From Camelus dromedarius (Eukaryota): a stretch of 64,000 nt of DNA. Position 1 is the first letter of the stretch, and every line of letters starts with the position of its first letter. The notes beneath the pieces were generated by a model. It searched no databases. It saw nothing but the letters and a program-made list of their open reading frames with translations, and was not told the origin of the DNA. Position numbers and translations under genes: made by a program. The DNA is taken from contig NC_087437.1 of NCBI RefSeq assembly GCF_036321535.1, forward strand, positions 118,422,001 to 118,486,000, given 5' to 3'. Of the stretch, positions 11,496-22,979 are shown one piece after another.

Positions 11496-13554
11496 AGTAT
11501 AAAACACAAACTGGATGATCTTCAAACGTATCGTAAACGTGTTTTCATGTTCAGGGCTAAGTCTCTAGGGAAAAAAAGAAGATGAAAGGTCAGGATGTGG
11601 CTTGAGGGAAGAACGTAAAAGAAAAATAGTTAATACTACTTGTGCACGGCCATGTCAAGAGAATTTCTTACAGGATCGGTTTCTTGATATTGAGAGCTAG
11701 GATGCATGTATGGTTAATGGGAGGTGCAAACAGCCCAGCTTACATTAGCAGAGAGAATAATGGTGGGGAGGGAGTGTGAGTTTTCTAACCATATATGGGT
11801 CATGCATTTCAAGGATCAGATCGTAGCACATTTTAAAAGTCAGAAACTTGGACTTTCTACCAGAATTGCCGGTAGACTCGCAAATCCTTGGCTGGAAATT
11901 TTCAGATAGGGCCTCATAGTGACTAGTCCAGCTGATGACTGGATTACACTTTGTCCATTTGGTGCGGCAGAGAGACATCTGATGTGCAATACTATCGGCC
12001 TTGACCATCAATCTGTCTTGTGCATTTCATTGGAAATATTTACATGAAAAGTAATCTACGACAGTAGTTTATTCCAAAGGTCCGTACTCACAGTTTTAAA
12101 TGTATTTGTCTAATAGCTGAGCAGGTGGTCTATTCATGGCTCAAGCCAAAGGGCTTGCATCAGCTGCTGGGCTTTGAGAGGAGCAGACCAGCAGGACAGG
12201 AAGTGTGCTTTAGCGCCTAGCAATCCAAATCACTCCATTGTCTCCTTGGATTATGCATCTGCTGGGCCAGCCCCGGGAACCTCGCTGAGCTGAATTAACA
12301 AGATTATTCAAAGCCTGAAATCACTATGATAGAGGAATGTTATTCATAAAGTAATTTTATTCCCTATTTTCAATTAGATTTTTTTCTTGTTTTCTCCGAA
12401 GCACATTAAAATGCTTTATTAACATAAATAAAACTTTCTGAAGAAACTTCTCAGTTTACAAACACAGCACATATCTGGGAGGCCTGTATTTTCTGGCTGG
12501 CTGTCTGTCCAAGGCCCAAATGAAGGCATTGAGAAATGGATTTGTAGGGACTGAGCTACTGAGAATAGTCTTGTTGCCCCCGAGTTTCCAGATCAACTGC
12601 AAAGAATAGAATTTAGGGGTGCAAGCAAAGTTTCAGAAATGTGAGTGGGAAAATGTAGACACAGACCAGATGAAATTAGATCATAGATTGCAGAGGACAA
12701 TATTGGAGAGGCTTCATGAAATAAACCCTTCATGAAGTCTAGCAAAAAAATAAAAAGTACAGCAGGGTGTATTTGCAGGGATTAACCTTTTACACATTTT
12801 AGGTCTGACTATAAATAAAGCTTCCGAAGAGAAGTGGAAAAAGAAAACCCCTGTCGGAACCTCCAAGAAGTCAGAAGCATCTTAGAGGACACCAGCCTAG
12901 CCCCAGCCCACTGCTCACACAGCATACGTGGATTCCTTGCACAGCATCTCTGACAAGCTGTCATCCAGCTGCTGAGTAAGGACACAGAGGTGGGGACCTG
13001 GAAGACTTGAAGATAAACAACCCTTGAGCTCTGGGAAAAGTGATAAATGAAATCTGTCTTCATGCCTCCCAAGTTTCCTACTTAATACCCTTTCTTCTCT
13101 GCAGAAAACCTCTGTGCTTTTTCATTGGCCGAGTTCCCACTTAATTTCCTGGCTGGGGAACTTTGCAGTTAGTTAGAGTTCTGAAACAGGGTGCAGTGTC
13201 TTGTGTGATAATAAGCTCCCTGTCATGGGAAGCAACCAAGCCAAAGTTGCATAACCACAAGCCAGGAACACTACAGAAGCACACCGAGTGGGGAAGCAGG
13301 ACTGAGGCTCTCCACCCACACATAAGCTAAGGCATCACTTGCAAATACTGGTATCAATTCAGCAAATCTTTATTTATCTTTTACAACAGGCCGGGCACTG
13401 TGTTGGACACTACCATGAAACTGCAAGTTGAATAAACACAAAACTCATGTATGCTCTACTGCTTGGAATGAAGTAAGTGCTCAGGATTTGCTGAATAAAT
13501 GAATGAGTCATTGGTACAAAGCTAAATAATTGTAAGCTAAGTAGTATAATGTTT

Positions 13555-13648
13555 GCTGAACCTGCAGTACCTAAGTTTTTCTAAACGTAAAATGGGATTA
13601 ATAATAATACCAAACTCTTAAGGATATAAGAATTAAATTTAAAGATAC
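13555..13648 (+). mobile_element. MIR SINE fragment
   Basis: MIR core cctaagtttttctaaacgtaaaatgggattaataataatacc. Confidence 0.6.
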
Positions 13649-13654
13649 AAATTC

Positions 13655-14970
13655 CTGCTTTTGCCAATGGAAGAGTAACTGGCATAGTATTTGCACTCTT
13701 GCCATTAAAAAGAACTAGAAAAACTGGACAAAGTATATGAAGTGCATATTTTCAGACATTGGATGGTATACTATACAGAACTTGAATCCTAATTAAAGGG
13801 AAAGAAAGGAGGTAAACACCATGGCTATCCAGGCTCTCTTGACCACAAGGCAGAGAAGAGAAATCCAAAAGCAGATCCCAGTAATCTGCTGAGCGGAGGG
13901 AAAAGGCTACAGTTCAGGAAGCGTGTAGCAGCTAGAACTCGTGGAGCAGGGCACCGGAGAGAAGGAGGCTGTGCAGAGAAAGAGTTCCCAAAGTCTACAT
14001 CAGGAGTCTCTTGAATATGAATCTGCACATGTCTAGGATGAAAATCCACAAGGATGGGCAAAGGACTATTACTGAGGAAAGAAAAATTATTTTTGGTAAC
14101 CATAGGCTAAAAGATTCCCAGAACTCACTTATAATGCGGAATTATCCAGGTACCCACCAGGCAGCAATTATTCATTGAGTACATAGGGCAATTGTTACAG
14201 ACACCAGAAGGGCTGCATCTTAGTAGAGGGGATAAACCAGTCCTAAAAATAGATTACTTTAGACCCATGTCATATTTTTTTAAAGAGTTTGAAAAGATCA
14301 AGCAAATGTTCCAATAATTTATTTGAAACTGATCAATAAACTAAAGTTAAAAATCTTGTTGAAGAATATATAGGAGGACATCTTCGTGTCCTTGGAATAG
14401 ACAATTATTTTTTTAGCCCAGCAGCAAAAGCACAAACAAAAGAAAAAAATTATCAATCGGACTTAATTAAATTTTAAAAGTTCTGTTCTTGTAAAGACAT
14501 TGTTCATAAAATGATAAAGTAAACCATAGTTTGTGAGTAAATATTTATAACACATATATCTGACAAAGAATTTGTATCCAGAATATGTAAAGAGCGCTTA
14601 CAAACCATTAATAAGATAAACAACACAATTAAAACATGAGCACAGGATTTGAACAGATATATTACAAAACAGATATATGAATGTTCAACAAACACTTTAA
14701 AAGCTGTTTAAGGAGGAGGGTAATAGCTCAGTGGTAGAGCATGTGCTTAGTATGCACAAGGTCCTGGGTTCAATCCCCAGTACCTCCATTAAAAATCAAT
14801 AAAAATAAAAAATAAAAGATGCTCAACATCATTAGTTATTAGGGAAATTCAAATTAAATCCACAGTGAGATACCATTACAAATCTAGCAGAATGTCTAAA
14901 ATTAAAAAAATCAGACAATACCAAATGTGGATAAGGATATGCAGCATTTGAAATTCTCACACATTGTAGA
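13655..14970 (+). mobile_element. Ancient internally deleted L1 (5' UTR joined to ORF2 3' part), interrupted by a SINE
   Basis: 5'-end motifs (aactagaaaaactggacaaagtatatgaa, ttttcagacattgga) followed by ORF2-end motifs (tatctgacaaagaatttgtatccagaata, gatgctcaacatcattagttattagggaaattcaaattaaa). Confidence 0.7.
14712..14817 (+). mobile_element. tRNA-derived SINE (camelid Vic-1 type)
   Basis: A-box tagctcagtgg, B-box ggttcaatccc and an A-rich tail. Diverged TSD taaaagctgtttaa / taaaagatgctcaa. Inserted into L1 ORF2. Confidence 0.88.
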
Positions 14971-15469
14971 GAAATTAATTAGACCCTGCACCCCGTTTTA
15001 TTGGCTAGAGCCTTCTGAGCAAGTTCCGCTCGTATGTCCCAGGTCCAGGGTCTTGGTCTTACTGAGCCCAATCCCTGCTGGATTCTACTTCCTGGGACCT
15101 GAGTCCAACCTCCCCCAGTCAACCCTCTCAGGAGTTCAAGTCCTGCACGGTGTGGCCACCAAGCGCCTCGTCCTGCCACTCTCCTCGTCCCACCGGAGCC
15201 CGGCCTCCCCGTTCAGCAGGGCTGAGGGGGCCCACCTGGACCTTTACACTCCACAAGGCACCCCCGTCGCACCCACCAGCCTATCATCTACCGTATCCCC
15301 CGTCGCACCCACCAGAACCACATGCAGTGTGAACATGGATTTTTTTCCCCTTCCTCTATTTCAGGAGGGTGACTAGTCTCTTAGTATTTCTCTGTCTCAG
15401 TCAGAAAACAGTCTTTAGTGAGAACCTAAGTTCATGTAAGAGTTTGTACAGGGACTCTCCTTGTGGGCG

Positions 15470-15483
15470 CCAGCAGAGGGCGT
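15470..15483 (+). promoter_or_regulatory. Candidate CTCF site
   Basis: CCAGCAGAGGGCGT matches 13/14 of the core consensus CCASYAGRKGGCRS. Binding is not demonstrated. Confidence 0.55.
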
Positions 15484-15573
15484 GGGCACTTCCTCTATAC
15501 CGAGAGGTTGGATGATATGGCCTGGGACGGATTTAGAAAGAGCGAGGATGCTCCAAAGACTTGGTAGCAGCAC

Positions 15574-15587
15574 CCGGCAGAGGGCAC
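15574..15587 (+). promoter_or_regulatory. Candidate CTCF site
   Basis: CCGGCAGAGGGCAC, one tolerated deviation from the core consensus. Confidence 0.5.
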
Positions 15588-16306
15588 TCACAGAGGGGCT
15601 GGCTGGTGGGCACCGAGCAAGGCTGCACTGGGGGCCCCGAGGGAGATTCCTGTGCCCTCCAAGCAACACAAAGGGAGCGAGCCACCAGACCTGAGGGGTC
15701 AGATCACAGAGAAGCCCCTCAACAGAAACCAGAGAGCCTCCCCGGCCCTGGCCCAGCCCTGGAGACGGGCCACCAGGAGTGACTCGGGACGCGCAGCCTC
15801 GTGCACCTCCGTACGTGGAACAGGACTGGCGGCTGGGTCCGCGCCCACCTGGCTTGGGCCGCCTCCAGCTCGCATCCCTGCTGAGCCCCAGTGCTGACAG
15901 CTCTGGGGAGGAGATCCGACAACAAAATCTCTTTCCTCTCACTCAGTATCTTTTAAAGAGGCTGAATTGTGTTTACTGAGAGTTGGCTGAAATGGCGCAG
16001 TGCAGCGGCGACAGACATTCGTGCTGATTACGGAGCGGAGCTCATTCAGGGCCGCTTCCGCTCCTGTGATTAAGCTCTGGAGGGGTTCAAGAGGCCGCAC
16101 GGAGAGGTCTGCACTTATCCTTCCTCCTGCAGGGAATCTGCCCACCTGAGGGCCAGACTCAGCACTCAGGGTTTCCAATTAAGCCCTGATTACATGCCTA
16201 GCCCTCTGCTTCCGAAGGCAATCAAACCTCTCTGGCTGTTTTGTCGAAAGTGACTTGAGCTCTGGGGAAGGAAACAGCAGACGAGCGCACAAAATCGCAC
16301 AGAACC

Positions 16307-16320
16307 GCGCCCTCTGCTGT
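16307..16320 (-). promoter_or_regulatory. Candidate CTCF site (reverse)
   Basis: Reverse complement ACAGCAGAGGGCGC matches 13/14 of the core consensus. Confidence 0.5.
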
Positions 16321-16811
16321 GACCAGTTCCCAGAACTTTCAGGTTAGACTTCTCAATATGGGGGCGGGGGGGAGGAGGGGGAAGATTCTGGAAAGCAAAA
16401 AAAAAAAAAAAAAAAAAAAGCATCACGCAGCCCAGCTCCTTTTGAAGCAGGACGGCCTGCAGGTCACGCACATATTACCAAGGACTGTAGCTTTGGAGAA
16501 CTCGCCCATGGGAACAGGCTGTCTTGAGAGCGATGATGCTGTTTCTAAAGATCTAGTCGCCTTCACTCATAATGCGCTGCAGGTAGGACTTAGGATAGAA
16601 ATTATTTATATCTTAATTGCAAGGTTGATGCGCTTTACTCTCTTTAAAATAGCCAAGGGGTTTTGCTGCTGTTGTCTTCAAGGTGAAAGCAGGTCATGAG
16701 GGCGGGATTTCAGCCAGTAGCTCAGTGCCTAACGACACAGAACTGGGAGCATCTCCGCCAGGTGGCCCGACCTGCTGGGAGCAGGCTGCGGGGACAACTC
16801 CTGATGCTGAG

Positions 16812-17309
16812 TGTGGTGGCAGAGTAATGGCCCCCCTAAAGAAGCTCATGTCGTAACTCCTGGGACATGTGAATAGGTTGCCTTACAGGGCAGTGGGGAC
16901 TTTGCAGATGTGATTAAGGATCTTGAGACAGGGACACTCTCTCGAGTGATCTGAGTTGGCCCAGTCTAATTGCAATGATGGTTACAAGAGGGAGGCAAAA
17001 TCATCAAAGACAAAGAGAGATGTGACAGTGGCGGCAGAGTCCAAGTTGGAGACGGGAGAGAGCCTGGAAGATGCTACACTGCCGTCTTTAAAGATGGAGG
17101 AAAAGGCAGTGAGGGAAGATGTGCAGACGACTTATGGAAGCTGGAAAAGGCAAGGAAGCAAGAGTCTGCCTTAGAACCTTGGAAGGAACCAGCCCTACGG
17201 ACACCTTAACCTCATGACCTCGGACTTCCAGAACTGTAGGATAGTAAGTGTGTTTGAAGCCACTGGGCTTGTAGTTGTCGGGTTACAACAGCAGCAGGAA
17301 ACTAGCACG
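16812..17309 (+). mobile_element. MaLR solo LTR (MLT1D-like)
   Basis: tgtggtggcagagtaatggccccc...gactttgcagatgtgattaaggatcttgaga...ggaagctggaaaaggcaaggaa...cttccagaactgtaggata...gttacaacagcagcaggaaactagca. Confidence 0.9.
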
Positions 17310-18720
17310 CTGGGGGACCCAGAGCAGGGCACAGAGGCCCTCCCCATGCCCCTGCATCAGCCGTCTCCTTCAAGGGGGCTCACTGTCACCCCACTTAGGT
17401 ACATAAGAAATGTCCTTTCCGCATTCACCTTCAGGGTCCATTATACCTTCCTCGACTTTACTTTTCATCCCAAACAATATATTTTTGATTATTATATGCG
17501 ATTAGTATTTGTCCGGCTCATGGTCCATCTGGGCAGCAGTATAACTAAATAGAAACTAAATTTGCGGATAGCGTTAAGCTTCTAACAGACCGTATTCTAG
17601 AAACCACATGCAAGTCTGATTGGGGGAAATACCTGGCCCTATCTTCCAAACACCTGTGCAAATGAGAAGCAAACTTTGAAGAGGACACAAACCATTTATT
17701 GTGAAGCATGCGTCCTCCAGCTTGAGCTTGCCAAACAAGAGGAGGCTTTTTCTTTTCAAGTTCTAGAAGGTATTTTCTTCAGTTAAGACTTCAGGTGATA
17801 ATCAAGATGATTAGAAATAAGAAAAATCCATCTTTTCAGACCCAAGTTTCTATGTAGACATGAATGATGGAGACAAATAGGTTGTTCATTTTTCTTCACC
17901 ATCAGATTTGACGATGGTCCCCAGGACTCTGATGCTGTGAGAATGTGTCATAAGGGAAGGGTGGTTAAATCAGTGTGCAAACAAGAATGCTTCCATGCAA
18001 ACAGACCCCAGAGCCCCTCAACTGTTGTTTTTCTATGTCTTTCCCCAGCCTTCCTATGATCTGACATTTAGCAGTTGGATTAAAGGAAGGTTAGCATGTA
18101 CTTGGCTTAGCATCACACTGTCCATCCCACACCCGTGGCAGACATCACTAGTCCATCGCAGTGCTGCCCTTCTCTGCCTGGATTGGAATGAGGCTCATCA
18201 TTCTCAGCCTGGTCTCTAACAATCAGTGCTAGAGTGGAAAGCCCGCGGAAGTTCAGTTATTTTTCAGTCCTGGATGAAGCAGCCTATCTGTGGAAATCAC
18301 CTACTAAGACAAAAAATTGTGGACATCAGTGGACATTTGCCTCCATGGCCTTCACCATGGTAGCATGTCCAGGTCCGTGCTATCAGTCCTTGAAGAGGTG
18401 GCAGAGAAAGCACCTGCAGCAGAGAAGAAGGAACAGTCAGGCTGGGTCCACAGGATGCTTCCTAGCTGGGGATGCCAGGTGGAATTCCCAAGTAGCCCCG
18501 ACAGAGCGGGGCTGAGAGATATAGAGAAGGGAGGAGAGAGGACAGGCAGGAAGGTGCAGAAAAGGAACTGTGCAACCTGACAAGGTGGCCCAGCACCGGC
18601 CCTTCCTTCTAATGCAGGAAAGAAAGAAGGGGTCTCCGCCCACCTCCTGACTACATCCATGTTCCTCTCCTTCCATGGGCCTCTGTGACACCCTGTTCTG
18701 AGGGCTTGTGTATCATTTCA

Positions 18721-18734
18721 GTTGCCATGGAAAC
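18721..18734. promoter_or_regulatory. Canonical RFX X-box motif
   Basis: GTTGCCATGGAAAC matches the near-palindromic RFX consensus GTTRCCATGGNAAC and lies in apparently unique sequence. Confidence 0.45.
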
Positions 18735-19257
18735 CTCTGGCCTCATCCCACAATATCACCAGGGTTTTAGTGAGCTCAATCATATGACTGTAGTCCACTG
18801 GTTGTGAAGGTGAGGGCACCCAGTGCTCAGAGTCTCATGGTTTTTCATTAAGGCATATTTGCCTCATCCTAGGTAGAAATGCACTTGGATTTCGGCTGAA
18901 GGGCAGAGAGTTGATTTAACAGCCTCTCATGTAGAGGAAAATCGATTGCAGGTTCCTAGCATGTGAGCATCACAATACAGTCTGAAGTGCACCTCCCCGT
19001 GGCCCCCTCCAGGTCCCAGAGAACACAAGGCAGCCAGGTAACCGGCAGTCAGACCTGGTGGTATGGAACCGGGAAACAAAACGACTTGCCTAAAACAGCA
19101 CCTGCACACACACTGCGCCTCGGGATCTTATTTTTCTCTCCTTTATTATTTGGATATTTAAAGTCAAAGCAGAATTTGGGGCTGGATCATTTAGAGTTTT
19201 ACTGCAGTTTGCACTAATGCTTATCTAATTCGTTTCTCACATTGAAAAACTAAATAT

Positions 19258-19428
19258 TACCTGCTGTACAGCACAGGGAACTACATTCAATTTCTTGTAA
19301 TAACACATAATGAAATAGAACCTGAGAAGAAAATACATAGATGTATGTGTATAACTGAATCCCTTTGCTGTACCTGACACATTGTAAATCAACCACACTT
19401 CAATAAAAAAATTTTTTTGAAAGAAAAA
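19258..19428 (+). mobile_element. Short L1 3' UTR fragment
   Basis: ctgtacagcacagggaactacattcaa...tgtaaatcaaccacacttcaataaaaaa. Perfect 14-bp TSD gaaaaactaaatat at 19244-19257 and 19429-19442. Confidence 0.92.
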
Positions 19429-20470
19429 GAAAAACTAAATATCAAACTAGGGACCTGATTAAAACAAATCATGGAATGTCCCTAAGCTGAGTGCAGACAC
19501 AAGTCAGGGACACCAGTGTTCCAATTTTAAGTGAAAAGTTTAGAAGACTATACAATAAGATGCTATTTTTAGTGATTTATCTGTGTGTATAAAAGTTGAG
19601 AATTACGTAAACAAATGGGCCTAAGAACGGGGGAGGTATTGAGTGTTGTCATTTTGCTTTGACTTTATTTTCTGAGTTTTTTTCTGTTAAAAAGGCTCTG
19701 TTTTTGTAAAAAGGAAAAATTTAAGTTCTTTAATGTCCAAAAAAATGTAATGACTCTAGTAAGTTTGTTTACAATAACAAGCCTGTTAAGTTATCATAAT
19801 AGATGAGAGAAAAATGGTAAACGTGTTCGTGACTCTCCTTTATTACTCTGACACTGACTGCCAGAAATGAGAGGGTGGCGGGCTCCTAACTAAGGCTGTG
19901 TCCTTAACCCAGTTCTCCTGATGCCAGCTGGGTGGTCACCATTGTCAGCATCACCATCATTGTCATCACTGCCATCACCGTCTGACCTCCAAGCCACCCT
20001 GATTAATTCTCTTAACAATGTCACTTAGCGAGCACCAGCCCTCCGGCTCACCCCTCCTGTATTAAATACCACCATTGGGAGCAAGCAGGCTTTTCCCGGA
20101 AGCCGGTCAAGACCGTGTCAGAATGCCCGGCCCTGCTCTACCCGCCAGTAGATGGGAGACAGTTATGTTTTCCCCCACTTCTCCCAACGATTATTGTTGG
20201 TGCAAAAGGGAGAAGATATAAAAATAAGAACTGTAACTCCACATAAATCATCATGCTCTGAAAATGAGGTTCAGACACCCTCAGCCCAGTGCAGAGAATA
20301 CAGGTGTGGATGCTGTGGGGACTGGAATAAAATGTGGGGGATTCTAGAAAGATCAGCATGTTTGGGAAATCAACTGAGCATCTGGCTTGAGCACAGTGCA
20401 CAATACTGGCAGCCCCAATAGCGTTGTCTGCGATCTTGGCTTTTCCTTGGGAGCTTGTGTGATGCTTGTC

Positions 20471-20506
<36 letters not shown>
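20471..20506. repeat. (TG)n microsatellite
   Basis: About 18 TG units with one CG interruption, seen directly. Confidence 0.95.
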
Positions 20507-20513
<7 letters not shown>

Positions 20514-20558
20514 TAGATTCTATTTTCAATGCTTCCAAACTCATCATTCATCATATAA

Positions 20559-20562
<4 letters not shown>

Positions 20563-20589
<27 letters not shown>
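20563..20589. repeat. (CA)n microsatellite
   Basis: About 13 CA units, seen directly. Confidence 0.95.
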
Positions 20590-21042
20590 TGAGCTGGCTT
20601 CCTTTAAGAAAGCTTATGCAAGGAAATTATTCCGTGTGGTTTCACTCCTGGGCAACAGGACAATGAGCCGCCTGCAGCGAGGTAACCAGATGTCCCCTCT
20701 GGGCACAGCCCTGCGCGCTGCCGATCTTGGTGGATTGTCGGGCCGCCAGCCAGAGCCCAGAGGGACGGAACAGGTGCTGAGGGGCCAAGCGGGTTGCTGG
20801 CAAAGCCGGCAGAGTGGAGAGCTTGGGGGGGCAGCCCCTCCGATTCGGACCTGCTGCCAAGGAAAGGGCCGCTGCAGGGAAAAAGGAAATTTCAGAACAA
20901 GAAGAGGGGACCGCCCGGGGACACGCAGCCCGCGCCCGAGGGGGTCTGGCTTCTGTGCGCGGCGTCTGGCTGCGCTTTCAAGTGTTCGCTCGTTCTACAA
21001 TGAATGTGCGTATTTGCAAAACGAATTTGAGAAAACACGCAG

Positions 21043-21320
21043 CCATAAATTTGTTTTCTGTGTCTGTGAGTCTGTAACGGGGTTGTGGGGAGGGATAGAT
21101 GAGGAGTCTGGGATTAGCAGATACAAGCTACTGTATATAAAACAGATAAACAGCAAGGTCTTACTGTGTAGCACGGGGACTACATTCAACATCTTGTCAT
21201 AAACCATAATGGAAAAGAATATGAAAAAGAATACACACACACATATATACAGAACTGAATCACTCGGCTGCACACCAGAAACTAACTCACTGTAAATCAA
21301 CTACACTTCAATTTTTAAAA
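21043..21320 (+). mobile_element. L1 3' UTR insertion with short 5' inversion
   Basis: 21043-21075 is reverse-strand L1 3' UTR and 21079-21320 is forward 3' UTR. Candidate degenerate TSD aaaacacgcag / aaaaatgcag. Confidence 0.88.
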
Positions 21321-21636
21321 ATGCAGAAGAATTTTATGTGACACTTTTTATTTCTTTCCACAAACCTACCCCGTGGCTCTTTCTGTTGATGTTGTGGCCG
21401 GCGTTCCACGTCTCCATCACCTGCGCCCCTTCCGTAATCCCCACTCCGCTCTCCAGCTCAGCCCGGCCGTTCTGCCTGCCCAGCCTCTCACATCTCTTCC
21501 CTCCTCACCCAGATGACGCCCATGATGGCCTCTCGGCTTCCGTCAGCTCTTCCTGAGCCCAGCCTGCTTTAGACGCAGCATTAGGCTCTCCTGAAGGAAA
21601 CAAAGCCCTGACTGTGCTTCCTGAGCCTGTGCCCCG

Positions 21637-21720
21637 TCTCCTCTGCTAGACTGTAAGCTCCTTTGGGGCAGGATCTGTGTCTGGGTCATCTTCGTGTCTC
21701 TTAGAACATCTACCAAGGAA
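21637..21720 (+). mobile_element. L2 3' end fragment
   Basis: ctgctagactgtaagctcctttggggcaggatctgtgtctgggtcatcttcgtgtc is the classic L2 terminal motif. Confidence 0.7.
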
Positions 21721-22979
21721 CATGTCTTGAAAGAAAACAAAAACAACAACAAAGAACGTAGTGTGTGCGTTACACATGGCCGCATCCTGCCCCCACCTCC
21801 CAAATCTTTATCTCCTCTTCTCAACACATCTCCATCCCTTCCTCCCTCCACACTGGTGCTTGTGCCCAGACGCCAGGGAGAGAAAGGTAGGAGTGGGTGC
21901 TGCTCTGGGTTCCGAGCCCCCCTTCTTGGTGAAGCACTAACCAGACTGACACGGCCTTCCCTGTTGAAAGAAGGGGCCATTCCTGCATTGCTCAGAGGGA
22001 GACGGCCCTTTCTCCCAAAGGTCAAAGTGTCCCTGAATTCTCATCAGATTTTTGACCCCTGGTCCTCCCCACACTCTTACCATTATCCTGTCCTGTAATG
22101 GGAGGTTGAACAAGCTGAGCCGAGTCCCCACAATGGGATCTGGATGAATGAATTTAGAGATGCCCGTTTTTACTACCTGTAGAGAACAGGTACTTTATGC
22201 TATAAGCATTTATATCTGTTTAGCCTAGGAAAAATCAGTCTCAAATGCCAAGAAGGAACATTGAATAATGCTGAGGAATAAAATATGGAGGGAATAAATT
22301 TCAGCAGCCTCCACCCTGCTCCATTATCCCTCTGCAGGAATACAACTGCTCATCAGCAAATACACCTGGATAATCACCTCCCTGGGTTTCCATTCTGAAT
22401 GTGACATTTTCCAAAGAGAAAGCCAGGGCAACACGGATAAACACAGCATTGCATCCGTGACACTCTAATGCTAAAGCCAAATGTAGGGGTTAGGTGCTTC
22501 CTTTGGCCCATAACCTCTCCTCTACACGTAGGGACAGCTCTGCACCATGGAATATGCAGCCCTCACCATACAGGCATGCAGGGAATGCAGCCTTTCTGGG
22601 AAGCAGAGCTGCAAGCAAGATGGCTGCAAGGGTCGAAACAGTTCAAATGAAAAAGAAGGACACAGACAAAGCCAGTCTGATACTTAAAGGTAGTCACCTC
22701 GGACATGATCTGAGGATGGTAGAGAAGGAGATGTGCCAAACAGAAGCCTGTTTGTCAATTCCCAACCAGAACTGCAGCTGTTAGGAAGAAGTGGGGACAT
22801 TCTGGAGAGCTTTATAGATGCTCCAGATGCACATACCCTTATTGTGTAATATTTATTGGTATACAATGGGAACATCCAAGAAAATCAGAGGTCAGAACAC
22901 GCTCATCTCCTTACTCAGGAATAATAAGGGGGGAAACCAGGAAATAAGAGATTGAGCTTAAATCTAGGTTTAAACTCTT

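Noticed and set aside
15565..15587. TAGCAGCAC, the miR-15/16 family 5' end
   Set aside because: The remainder matches no family member I know and no precursor hairpin is evident.
20387..21202. Longest ORF in the track (271 aa)
   Set aside because: It stays open because it runs through (TG)n, (CA)n, a GC-rich patch and an L1 3' UTR. The translation is low complexity (CVCV, THTH) with no recognisable domain.
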